NCBI RefSeq assembly: GCF_006345805.1
Contig: NC_042997.1
Location: forward strand, 75,206,001-75,270,000
Origin: Octopus sinensis
Lineage: Eukaryota
Length of the DNA stretch: 64,000 nt
Direction of reading: 5' to 3'
This document shows, piece by piece, positions 12,638 to 24,330 of the stretch (the first letter of the stretch is position 1; the number at the start of each line of letters is the position of its first letter). The notes beneath the pieces were generated by a model that was not told the DNA's origin, did not search any database, and saw only the letters and a list, made by a program, of their open reading frames with translations. A program made the position numbers and the translations under genes.

Positions 12638-13678
12638 CTATTCGTGTTCTAGTGGTGACACTCTCTGAGCATTCACCCCACTACTAACTTGGTCACCCAG
12701 GTAGCGGAAACTATCAACTACTTCTAGTTTCTCTCCCTGGAGTGTGATGGAATCTGTTTTCTGAGTGTCTGTGGTGTCTATTGTCCCTGTGCATCTGCCG
12801 CACATGAAAGCTATCTTATCTGTTAATTTCCCTTTAATGTTGCTGCACCTCTTGTGCGTCCATAGCTTACATTGGGTGCATCTTATGGAGTTCCTACCTA
12901 CACCTTTCCTACAGCTCGAGCAGGGCCACCTGCCCGATGGGGTGTGTGCTGAGTTCGCCTTTCTGCATACTATAACTTTGTTCTTCGCTACATTTACTCT
13001 AAGGCCCTTTGATTCCAACCCTTGTTTCCACACCCGAAATTTCTTTTTTAGTTCCGGTAGCGATTCTGCTATGAGGGCCAGGTCATCAGCATAGAGGAGC
13101 TCCCAGGGGCAACCTGTTTTGAATTCCTCTGTTATTGCCTGGAGGACTATGATGAATAAAAGGGGACTGAGGGCTGAGCCCTGGTGTACACCTACTTCTA
13201 CCCGGAATTTTTCACTATATTCGTTGCCAATCCTAACCTTGCTGACAGCCTCTCTGTATAGAGCCTGTACAGCCCTTATTAGCCATTCGTGAATCAACAG
13301 TTTCCGCATCGACCACCAGATAAGGGATCGGGGAACCCTGTCAAAGGCTTTCTCCAAGTCCACAAAAGCTATGTAGAGGGGTTTATCTTTAGCTAGGTAT
13401 TTCTCCAGCAGTTGTCGGACCAGGAATCTAGCATCAGTGGTGCTTCTACCCGACACAAAACCGAACTGCATCTCATCTAAGCAAATTCTCTCCCTAATGA
13501 GATGGGTTATGACCCTCTCTGTGGCCTTCATCACCTGATCCAACAGTTTAATACCCCTGTAGTTATTTCTATCTAGAGCATCACCCTTACCCTTGTAGTA
13601 GTTGACTCCATTATGAACTACCTGGTTAACAATACGGGTGACTAGGCCATAGCCCGCATAACCAGCTGTTTTAAGCAT
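12638..13678 (-). CDS. RTE reverse transcriptase fragment with a Cys-rich PHD-like insert
   Basis: NYRGIKLL, MQFGFVSGRSTTDA, FVDLEKAFDRVP, GVHQGSALSPLLF, LLYADDL, then CSSC...SIRCTQCKLWTHKRC...CGRC. Confidence 0.92.
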   Translation of the reverse strand: MLKTAGYAGYGLVTRIVNQVVHNGVNYYKGKGDALDRNNYRGIKLLDQVMKATERVITHLIRERICLDEMQFGFVSGRSTTDARFLVRQLLEKYLAKDKPLYIAFVDLEKAFDRVPRSLIWWSMRKLLIHEWLIRAVQALYREAVSKVRIGNEYSEKFRVEVGVHQGSALSPLLFIIVLQAITEEFKTGCPWELLYADDLALIAESLPELKKKFRVWKQGLESKGLRVNVAKNKVIVCRKANSAHTPSGRWPCSSCRKGVGRNSIRCTQCKLWTHKRCSNIKGKLTDKIAFMCGRCTGTIDTTDTQKTDSITLQGEKLEVVDSFRYLGDQVSSGVNAQRVSPLEHE

Positions 13679-14018
13679 CTCAGCAGTGATTCATGATGGG
13701 CCGAGGGCTTTACCTGGTTTCATATCCTTAATTGCCTTAACTACAAGGGAGCTGTCTATTTGGATAGCTGGTCCCTCTACTGGGTCAACATTTGGCAGGC
13801 TCTCCTCCTCTCATTCATTCTCCACATTCAACAGTCTTTCATAATGGCTTCTCCAAGCCTCTTTCTTTTCACCAACAATAAAAGCAAGTGCCCCATCATC
13901 CATGCGGACACATTTCTCCCCTGTAACATCACTATTTTCTCTGACACAGTTCTTTGGTCCTCACGTCGCTGGACATTGGCAAACTTCTTTTCTGCTATGT
14001 GTGTGTGTGTGTGTGTGT

Positions 14019-14097
<79 letters not shown>

Positions 14098-14200
14098 TGA
14101 TAGGCAAAATCGACCTCGGCGGAATTTGAACTCAGAACGTAACGGCAGACGAAATACGGCTACGCATTTCGCCCGGCGTGCTAACGTTTCTGCCAGCTCT
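14098..14200 (-). mobile_element. tRNA-derived SINE head (same family as 62896)
   Basis: Minus strand GAGCTGGCAGAAACGTTAG (A box-like) ... GAGTTCAAATTCC (B box) GCCGAGGTCGA. Confidence 0.8.
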
Positions 14201-14796
14201 TTGCTTTTCTAATATTAAATTTCTTGCCTTTTGCACAAATAAATACAATAAGTGAAATGAAACGCATTAGCTTAGAAACGAAATCTTGTTAGAAGCCTCG
14301 TCACTGAGATGCCACTTCTTAATAGCAAACGAAAGCAAGTACTAACAGAATGGAAACATTTTCAATTTAATACATGTGGCTTATTAACTAGTTTTAAATA
14401 TTGTTATTAGAAGGTGGCTGACTATAGAATCCTGGAAACATGAGTACGTTAAATAATTAGAAGGATGCGCTTGTTTACATTTAAGATGTTTAATACGTCA
14501 CCAAATTGGTGGTCGAGACGGAGTAAATAAAATAAAGCCGAATGACGGAATATCATTGGTTAAAATTCTAATTATTAAACAACGTTAAACTTAGAAGTTA
14601 CAATTCCGTTTTCATTCTGGTTTACAATTAAGTTTACTTTTGACACATTCTACCAGTATATGAAGTTTCAAATTGTTTGGTTCAGTAGGAAAAATTTGAA
14701 AAAACTGGCTTCAGAATAGAAAAGATCCCAAACAGGGGACAGTCATTAGTCAGAATATTGATGACGTCCTTTTCTGCTTGAATAGTCACCTAACAA

Positions 14797-15630
14797 GTAC
14801 AGACAGGGGGCAGATCTAATGTAGCTATAAGTTGTGATTGGGCAGAATCTGCATGACGTCCCGTTCTGCTTGACTAACGAAGCGACTGGTCAGGACAGGA
14901 AACAAACAAGAGGCAGTTATAATGCAGCGATTTTTCAAAATAATGATGACGTCCCGTTCTGCTTGACTAACGAAGCGACTGGTCAAAACAGGAAAACAAA
15001 CAAGAGGCAGTTATAATGCAGCGATTGGTCAAAATAATGATGACGTCCCGTTCTACTTGACTAAAGCCACCTAACGAAACGATTGGTCAAAACGTTGATG
15101 ACGTCACACTACGCTGAATTGACCATCTAACAGGCATTATAAAACCGAACACTTCACAAAAACTCATTAGAACCACCCAGCGAACATCCACCATGGGTCA
15201 TCACATTTGCTTAAGGTAAAAATGAATTCCTCGCTCTTTCGGAAACATCAATCTTCTGTATTGACCGCTTTCCACCACTTTGATCTGTTTTTTGTATTGA
15301 ATACGTATCGCCACCGTGGGCCACTGCATCGAACACTTTGAACATATACTTCAAACTATATATCAACTATACATGAACTATATATCAACTATACATGAAC
15401 TCTAAGATGTCTGACTCCGTTGTGTATTATAAATGAATTTCTTGTGTTTGACGGCATGAGCTGTCTTTTTTTATATATAACTTTTTTTGATAAAGTTCAT
15501 TTCAGGAACTGAAACATGTTATAATGTATATATATAAAAATTAAAAATTGTATAATACAGCAGCATTTTCGAACTTCATTTTTTACAAATATATACCTAC
15601 TCGTATACGAGCTAATCCTATTATAAATAT
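14797..15630 (+). mobile_element. Solo PLE pseudo-LTR; inverted partner of 104-807
   Basis: Near-identical reverse complement of 104-807 plus one extra ~93-bp internal duplication (about 14855-15040); ends at (TA)n. Confidence 0.85.
15487..15520 (+). ncRNA. Minimal hammerhead ribozyme motif, U3-A8 variant
   Basis: TTGATAA-AGTTC-atttcag-GAACT-GAAAC-AT-GTT; palindromic helix III (ACATGT); helix I weak. Confidence 0.6.
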
Positions 15631-15638
15631 ATATATAT

Positions 15639-15689
<51 letters not shown>

Positions 15690-15882
15690 CACAAATACAT
15701 ATATATATATATATATACATATATATATACACATATACATATATATATACATATATAACATATATATATATACATATATATATATATACATACACACACA
15801 CATATAATATATATATATATTACGTACACACACACATATATATATATATAGATATATATATATACGTACACACACACATATA

Positions 15883-15915
<33 letters not shown>

Positions 15916-16370
15916 CGTACACACGTACACACACACACATATATATATATAATATATATATATATATACGTACATATATATATATATAAAGATATAGATA
16001 AAAAAATTAATGAGTGCGACACGTCCAATACCAAGTTTATATGCACCTTTTTTGTTGGACTTTACTCGATAATGTTTTCTTCTATCCTTCCGTAATTCCC
16101 TTTTCTCCCCTTCCCTCCTTCACTGTTTTCTATCTGCCTCTCTCTCTCTCGTTGCTCACACGTGACCAAATCTTTCTTTACCTACATGGACGTTCAAGAC
16201 TGGACTTTTTTCGCTCCTATCTTTTCTCTTTTCAAAGAAAATATTTCTCCCAGCATTCACTATTTTCCTCTTGTTGCTTAGGTGTTCAACATGTTTGTTC
16301 ACGTATTTCATGTTGTTTGCACCGTTGATGATGTCCTGTACCCATTTATGCATATGTATATATTTGTATG

Positions 16371-16452
<82 letters not shown>

Positions 16453-16504
16453 TATATATATGCATATATATATGCATTTTATATATTATACATATATATA
16501 CATA

Positions 16505-17306
16505 TCTAGTATATAATATCTGTTCTGTCTGTCTATGTGTTTGTCTTCTAGGATCCCGGGCATCCTCCTTCCGATTGTGCTCAAATTTGATATGTAGACA
16601 CCGATGGTGTCAGGGCGTGTATCAGCCTTGAAAAAGTTACAAAAGTCGATTCCAGGTGAGAATGTGATCGATAAAACCGTGGGAACGTGCATTTGTATGC
16701 GCAAGTACATCAGCTTTTGCGATCGATACTATGCGTATGCGAGAAAAATGTACGTGTACTTTGTGCAAAAAAAGCCAACTGGCTTGAAATAATGCCACAA
16801 AATGCAGCATATTTAAGAGAGCAAAAAGTAAGATGCAAAAGAGATATTTTCTTCAAACTTGGCATGAAGGAAGGAAAGACTATTTAGTTTCTCAAGATTT
16901 TTTTTTTTGCCTTAACTTCATTTAACAAAACCAAAAGTTTTATTGAAATAAAGGCATGCTTAATTATTTTTTAATGAAAAGAAAACACTGATTTATTCAA
17001 GAAAGAAAATACTATTTTCTTGCTAATAAATGATTTATCATGTTTGTGTTCTCCCAGTCAACAGTCTTATCATTACTGTTACTTTAAACTCTCCGGTTGC
17101 ATATTTGCGAGAATAAAATCGTTTTTCTTTGGAAAAGAAAAAAGTCTATCTTTATTTCTTCTTTTGCTACTGTCTCAAATTTGGGTTAAGTCCGTGTTTC
17201 TCAAAGGCGAGGCCTATGGGACGGTCGGACAAGTTGTTTTTAGAAAATTTGGTTTAAATGTTTGACAACTCTGCACCGTCCATTGGACGGGGTGGCGTTT
17301 TGCTCG
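16505..17306 (+). mobile_element. Non-autonomous Helitron-like element
   Basis: A|TC start with TCTGTTCTGTCTGTC...CCGATTGTGCTCAAATTTG 5' region; 3' hairpin CCGTCC-att-GGACGG (17276-17290) then CTCG|T. Confidence 0.55.
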
Positions 17307-17390
17307 TATAAAATATATACATATATGAAATGTATATATAATATATACATATGTATATATAATATATGCATATGTACATATAATATATAC

Positions 17391-18296
17391 ATCAGCATCA
17401 TCATCATCATCATTTAGTGTCTGTTTCCATGCTAGCATGGGATGGATGGTTCAACTGGGGTCTGTGAAGCCGGAAGGCTTCATCAGGCCCAGTCAGATCT
17501 GGCAGTGTTTCTATGGCTGGATGCCCTTCCTAACGCCAACCACTCCATGAGTGTAGTGGGTGCTTTTTATGTGCCACCCGCACAGGTGCCAGACAGAGCT
17601 GGCAAACGGCCACGAACGGATGGTGCTTTTACGTGCCACCGGCACGGGGGCCAGGCGAGACTGGCCACGGACACGAACGGATGGTGCTTTCACGTGCCAC
17701 CGGCACGGGAGTCAGGCGAGGCTGGCAACGGACATGAGCGGATGGTGCTTTTACGTACCACCGGCACGGAGGCCAGGCGAGGCTGGTAACGGACACGAAT
17801 GGATGGTGCTTTTACGTTCCACCGGCACGGGGGCCAGGCGAGGCTGGCAGCGGACACGAACGGATGGTGCTTTTACGTGCCACCGGCACGGAGGCCAGAC
17901 GGGGCGGCGCCGGCAACGACCACGATCGGATGGTTCGCTTAACCACAGCTGCAATTTCCACTGATGTTGATCGACCTCAATTTTAGTTCTGCTTCCTGAT
18001 ATCTGATTTGATTTGGTTTGATTTTGATTTTGATTTTGACTGTTCTCACTGGTCTTGCCAGGTCTTCTCACACACAGCATACTTCCATAGGTATCGGTCT
18101 CTAGTCATTTCCTTGGTGAGACCTAAAGTTCGAAGGTCGTGCTTCACCACCTCGTCCCAGGTTTTCCTGGGTCTACCTCTTCCACAGGTTCCCTCAACTG
18201 CTAGGGTGTGGCACTTTTGCACACAACTATCTTCACCCATTCTCGTCACATGCCCATACCAGCACAGACGTCTCCCTTGCACACCACAACTGATGA
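17391..18296 (-). mobile_element. RTE LINE 3' end with expanded 3'UTR
   Basis: RRLCWYGHVTRM...GRGRPRKTWDEVVKHDL at 18046-18282; (TGA)n tail at about 17391-17412; homologous to 8922-9570. Confidence 0.9.
17556..17935. repeat. 61-bp tandem array (about 6 units) within the RTE 3'UTR
   Basis: (C/T)GGATGGTGC starts at 17617, 17678, 17739, 17800, 17861, with a last partial unit at 17927. Confidence 0.92.
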
Positions 18297-18297
18297 C

Positions 18298-18750
18298 CTA
18301 CAAGCAAGAGCGCCTGCAGTGAAGCCACTGATCAGCTCCAAGAATAAAAAGTGTCGTCTTACCTTTGCAACCGAACATGTGTTGTGGTATTAAGAAAAAT
18401 GGCAAAATGCATTTCAGTGATGAATCTAAGTTTATGCTATTTGGCTCAGATGGGAAAAGGTACGTTCATAGAAAAGTAAGTGAAAAATTGTTGCCTAAAT
18501 GCTTTAAGACTAGTGTTAAATTCGGTGGAGGAAGCGTCATGGTTTGGGGAATGATATCTGGAGATGGTGTGGGCCCTTTGGTGCGATTACATGGAAAGTT
18601 AAATGCAGGAGTTCATAAACATGTCTTTGCCTGTGCTGAGAAATTCAACTAAGCGACCACCCATATTCATGCATGACAATGCCCCATGTCACAAGGCTAA
18701 GGTGGTCATGAACTTCCTCAAGGCTGAAAAGTTTATTGTTATGGATTGTT
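18298..18750 (+). pseudogene. Tc1-like transposase internal fragment
   Basis: AVKPLIS, FSDESKF, VKFGGGSVMVWG, FMHDNAPCH; frameshifted. Confidence 0.92.
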
Positions 18751-19120
18751 ATGCCGAAACAGCTGTCAGATATGATATAATTACATATTTTATTTTATAT
18801 TTTATATTTCTATTTCCTTGTCTATTTATATTTACTATATATTTTGTATAATGCCTTTACTGATATGTAATGGTGTAATAAAGTATTGATTGGGTATCAT
18901 CTGTTAGTTGATGTTTTATTGATTTAAGTATGTTTCTCCATTTTCTAATTTTGTAGTATTAATTTACGGTAATATTATTACCTTTGCCCATATAATACAA
19001 TAGATGAACTAATTGCTTGGCAATTTTTAACATCTATGTATTAGTCTTGTTGGGTACCTATCTAGCAGTATATTGGATATATGTTATCCCATGGTGGGTT
19101 GAATTTTTCAACCCCTATCT
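18751..19120 (+). mobile_element. PLE-type pseudo-LTR 3' remnant starting inside a hammerhead
   Basis: GCC-GAAAC-AGCT-GTC at 18753-18767; homologous to 4305-4480; ends at (TA)n. Confidence 0.55.
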
Positions 19121-19128
19121 CATTTTAT

Positions 19129-19183
<55 letters not shown>

Positions 19184-19200
19184 ATATACACATCTACATA

Positions 19201-19989
19201 TCTCTATATTATTTCTGAAATGCAAAAAGTTTGTTTGTTTGTCTGGTTTTGGCATTGAGAACGGGTTAAAGACCACTAGATCCCGTCGGATTGACTCCAA
19301 AATTTACAGGGACATGTAAAATGAGGTGAGGATGTGAGTGGGCTAGGTTAGAAATCCCCATCTTAAAAGGTGTCGTTGCTAGGGCCAAAAACGCACTTTG
19401 ACAAGTCTACTCTCATTCTTTTATGTATCTGTCTTCCTCCATCACTCACTCTCTTTCCTCCCTTCCTTTCACATTCTATCTATAACGTCGTTTCACAGCG
19501 TCTACCTCCCTTACCTTCACTTTCTCTCTATAACGTCGTTTCACAGCGTCCTATATCCCCCTCCCCGCCTTCGACAGCGCTTTCACACACACTCTCTCTC
19601 TCTCTCTCTCTCTCTACGTCTGTCTGCATTCATAGATAGAATTATCATCGCCAACACCACCACACAATCATGAGAACAAATAATATGAATCAGATATTTA
19701 TTGGGTTAATTTATATATGTGTGTGTGTGTATGTGTGTTCTATATATAAATATGTATATATAATGTATATATACAAAGTGTATATATCTGTATTTATGTA
19801 TATTAAACTTTTTAATACTTTTTGATAGTTATATATATTTTTAAAAAATTATAAATATAAATTAATAATTTTAATTTTGTATTTCATATATTTTGTATAT
19901 TATATTTTTTTTTTATGTTTTGGTTTATGTTTTTCACTGTTTGATTTGCCTAATAGTGGTTTTATCTCTAATTTAATTTGTACACAAAT

Positions 19990-20048
<59 letters not shown>

Positions 20049-20907
20049 GTATACAAATATGCACACCTATGTTAAAATTGCTGGCGAGTTTGCATGGCAA
20101 CTATTTTTTTCCTCAAATGAAAGGCGTGACTTCAGGGACGAAATTCCTCATCTTATAAAATGTGGCCCGAGTAGACCCGAATAAAATCGGGTTATATTAA
20201 CCAAAATGTGAAAAGCGGTCTAAATGGGGCTGGAAGGGGATGAAAATTTACAGGAGCGGGTGTTTAGGAATTCTCTGTTGCATCAAGCTAAAAAATTTGC
20301 GCCAGCCTTTTAATCGTCAATGTGTTGCCGTCCATGATGAAGAAGTTTTGAATGCTTGCCATGGTGAGTCTACTTTCGTGAGAAAGAATCAATTCAAAGC
20401 TTGGTGTTTAGGAATTTTCTTTTACATCAAGTTCAAAATTTTACGCCAGCCGTTAAACTGTCAATACGTTGCTGTCCGTCGTTAAGAAATGCCAGCCATG
20501 TTGACTCTACTATCCTCAGATTCTATCCCTTCAAACTTTGGTTTCCAATATTTTTTCAATTTATATTCAGCTCGCAAGTTCGTCTGTCCCTTTTAAATGT
20601 TAGTGTTTTGCTGTCTGCCTTGAAGCAGACCTTTCCGTTGTCACTGCTTGATATTTATGATTGATCTTTCAAAATATATTCTTTCTCAACTTACTCAAGA
20701 TCTTTTGTTGTTTATAAATGGGAGAGAGATAGATAAAGATAGAGAGTAAGAGAAAGCGAGAGAAAGGAAGAGTAAGAGAGTGGGAAAGTGAGAGAGAAAG
20801 GAGAGAGAAACAAAGAGGGAGAGTGTGGTGATAAAAAACAGAAAGGAAGCAACAGAAAGTAACAAACATAATCTTACCCGCGCGTGTAGCGGGTCACCTT
20901 TAACTAG
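19201..20907 (+). mobile_element. Non-autonomous Helitron (about 1.7 kb)
   Basis: A|TC at 19200/19201 with a typical GTTTGTTTGTTTGTCTG 5' region; hairpin ACCCGC-gcgtgta-GCGGGT (20876-20894) then CTAG|T (20904-20908). Pairing of these two ends is inferred. Confidence 0.7.
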
Positions 20908-20909
20908 TG

Positions 20910-20997
<88 letters not shown>

Positions 20998-21199
20998 CAT
21001 ATATATATACATACCTATTTATATGTATACATGCATATCTATACATATATATACACACATAGTGTAAGTATTAATGAAACAATATAAATGTGAAAGTATT
21101 TATACCTCAATCTGTTGCGAAAAGTTTGATTTGATTTGATTCAGGCATTTGAGAATGCATTGGGAACAGACAGAGATATACAAGATTTTATATATATAT

Positions 21200-21280
<81 letters not shown>

Positions 21281-21288
21281 CAGACAGA

Positions 21289-21618
21289 CTAGTAGAGTTA
21301 CCCGATGTTGCTAGGGATTAAAATGGTATGCTTTTTTTATTGTTTTACTTGCTTCAGACATGTGTCTACTGCGTTGCTGGACCACCTCCTTTCATCGATG
21401 AAATCGATCCCAGTATTTATCCTTTGTAAATCTAGTACATATTCTATCGGTGTTGTGGCCAAACTGCTAAGTTATGGGGATGTAAACCCAGTATAATCGG
21501 CCATCAAGCGATGGTGGGAGTACAAAGACAGAGACACACACACAAATATACGACAGACTTCTTTCAATTTCGGTATTCGAAATCAACTCCAAACCTATGG
21601 TGAGCGTGAGGCTATAGT
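21289..21618 (-). mobile_element. Headless SINE body fused to a Helitron-like 3' end
   Basis: Minus strand: SINE body and tail, then AATCCC...CGGG...CTAG|T; same layout at 43351-43689. Confidence 0.6.
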
Positions 21619-21676
21619 GTATATATATATATATAATATATATATATATAATATATATATATATAATATATATATA

Positions 21677-21726
<50 letters not shown>

Positions 21727-21879
21727 TTATTTATTTATATATATTTATTTATTTATTTATATATATAATTATGGGGGTAAATATGTTCTAATGAAACCCC
21801 TTATTACTCTGATATAAGAAAGCAATTTCGTTATAACTGCCACAAAAAGTGTATTTTCCATCACAAAAATACAAAAAAC

Positions 21880-22225
21880 TGTCAGCTGGAAGAGAGAGAG
21901 ATTGTTGGAGGTTGGCGAGAGAGGTTTTCGGAGGTTGGTGAGAATGATTGTCGGAGATTGTTGAGAGAGGTTGTCGGACATTGGCGAGAGGCAAAGATAT
22001 TATTCTGCTTAGCGAAGGCATCTGGGAAATGTATAATTGCTGTCATTCACAGAAAAAACTATTGTTTTACTGTGAGAAAAGTGCTGTTGAAGTGTTTAGT
22101 GAAATTTGACAATCGAAGATCAAATCCACGCTATGCCTGCATATACGTTGCAGAATCAAAAATACGTTGAGGAATAAACATACAAATACGTTGAGGAATA
22201 AACATACAAATACGTTGAGGAATAT
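21880..22225. repeat. Two minisatellites: ~21-bp unit (21880-21990) and 24-bp unit AAATACGTTGAGGAATAAACATAC x~3 (22159-22225)
   Basis: Direct visual repeats. Confidence 0.75.
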
Positions 22226-22630
22226 AAAAAAAATGTACTGTCATGGAAAAACGTGTAACTGTAAAAATGCAGAAATATCGGAGTAATAAGCATTCAAAAA
22301 CGTATGTATGTATAGAAATGTATGAGTGAAGTCTTTAAGGTTTAGTTTCAAAATAAGGAAGTGCAATAATAATGTTTTTTTTTGCCTACCTCTAGACTTT
22401 CTTGTTTCACACGAACCACAATCATCATAGACCTTAAGAATACCGTGAACAAAACTTTTTGACTTGTTAACAATCTTTGCAATAGACCCAATACTTACAT
22501 TATCCTTCTTTCGAAGCTTAATAATCTGATGTCGAATTGGTAACGGAGTAAGTGACCGTCACGTAAACAAATTCAAAACATTAGAGTTCGCTGGTCAAAT
22601 ATACTAAAACACGGAGTAAAAGCAACCCTT

Positions 22631-22848
22631 CTGATCATTTTGGCCGCCATAGGTTTTGAAGTAAATCACTAAATCATTCATAACTTTTGTATTATCCTCT
22701 CAAATTAAATCGAAATCTCAGACAATAACAAATAATATTGTATTAATTGTCTGTGAAAATTATAGAATATAAAACAACTTTGATAAAAACTTATAACTAC
22801 TTTTCTGGCGAAAACAATGCCGTTCTGAACATTTTGGCCGCAACTGTA
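22631..22848 (+). mobile_element. Solitary right IR/DR end of a Tc1-like element
   Basis: Direct repeats CTGA(T/A)CATTTTGGCCGC at 22631 and 22825; terminus ...GGCCGCAACTG|TA. No partner end found. Confidence 0.6.
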
Positions 22849-22969
22849 CTTATAGATAAATATATAAATATATGATAAATAAGACCCCATGGTATGATAT
22901 GTAGAAGCATATAATGCTGAAGGGTTATACTTGATTGATTTGGAAATTTGTTTTCCCAAAATATTTAAA

Positions 22970-23640
<671 letters not shown>

Positions 23641-24330
23641 TCTTTAATAATATCGAAGGGTAAACTGAAATATTAGAAATATCCATTACCAGTGGCCTAG
23701 CGTGTAAAAGATTTAGTCAACAGACTATACACTATTCATATAAATACAGTGTGCATTTAAACACAAAAGAGGTTTCCATCATAGGACTACCTGCATGCTA
23801 GAGAGGACAGTTAAATTCCAAACCACTATTAGGGATAAAATTTCGAATGGAATGGAAAATAAAAACCAATGGTTTCAAACTTTTTTAGCAAATAAAATAA
23901 TTTACTAGGCGAAGCCTTCTTCAACAGGTACACCTTAGTTTAAATATATATACACGAGGCAATCCAGTATATTCCCAGTGCTTATACATTCTAATTTTTC
24001 AAATCTACTGTACAAGCGCAGCTCCCCGGCTTTTTCATTTCGAAAATTATCCAAGTAAAAAATTATCATATTATTAATTATTGATAAGGGATCTTTATAT
24101 CTACCTCATATAACTAATTTTCTTCAAACACCCAAGGGAAATAACACATAGCATGTGTACATTATTTTTTTCCTGCATTAACTCCGGATATCCTTGTTGC
24201 TTATTATGATTTTAATCACCTTCGAAATTGTATGGATAATACCGTACTAAAATCTGGTGCCTCAACTTAAGTACTTAAGTACCATATTCATCTGAATCTA
24301 AATTTTTGCTGTATATATATATATATATAT

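Larger units (their letters stand above)
8922..13997 (-). mobile_element. 5'-truncated RTE-clade LINE, split by a nested LINE at 9578-12388
   Basis: RT at 12.4-14.0 kb. The C-terminus (RRLRWYGHVLRM...GRGRPRKTW) resumes at 9.3-9.57 kb, then 3'UTR and a (TGA)n tail at 8922-8942. Confidence 0.92.

Noticed and set aside
17556-17935. CRISPR-like regular repeat
   Set aside because: The apparent spacers are homologous to each other, the array sits in a LINE 3'UTR, and there are no cas genes.
18291-18310. CTGATGA at the RTE/Tc1 junction
   Set aside because: Chance product of the junction; no helix II or GAAA.
18298-22848. Tc1 fragment and IR/DR end as one fragmented element
   Set aside because: No transposase C-terminus links them and no left end was found.
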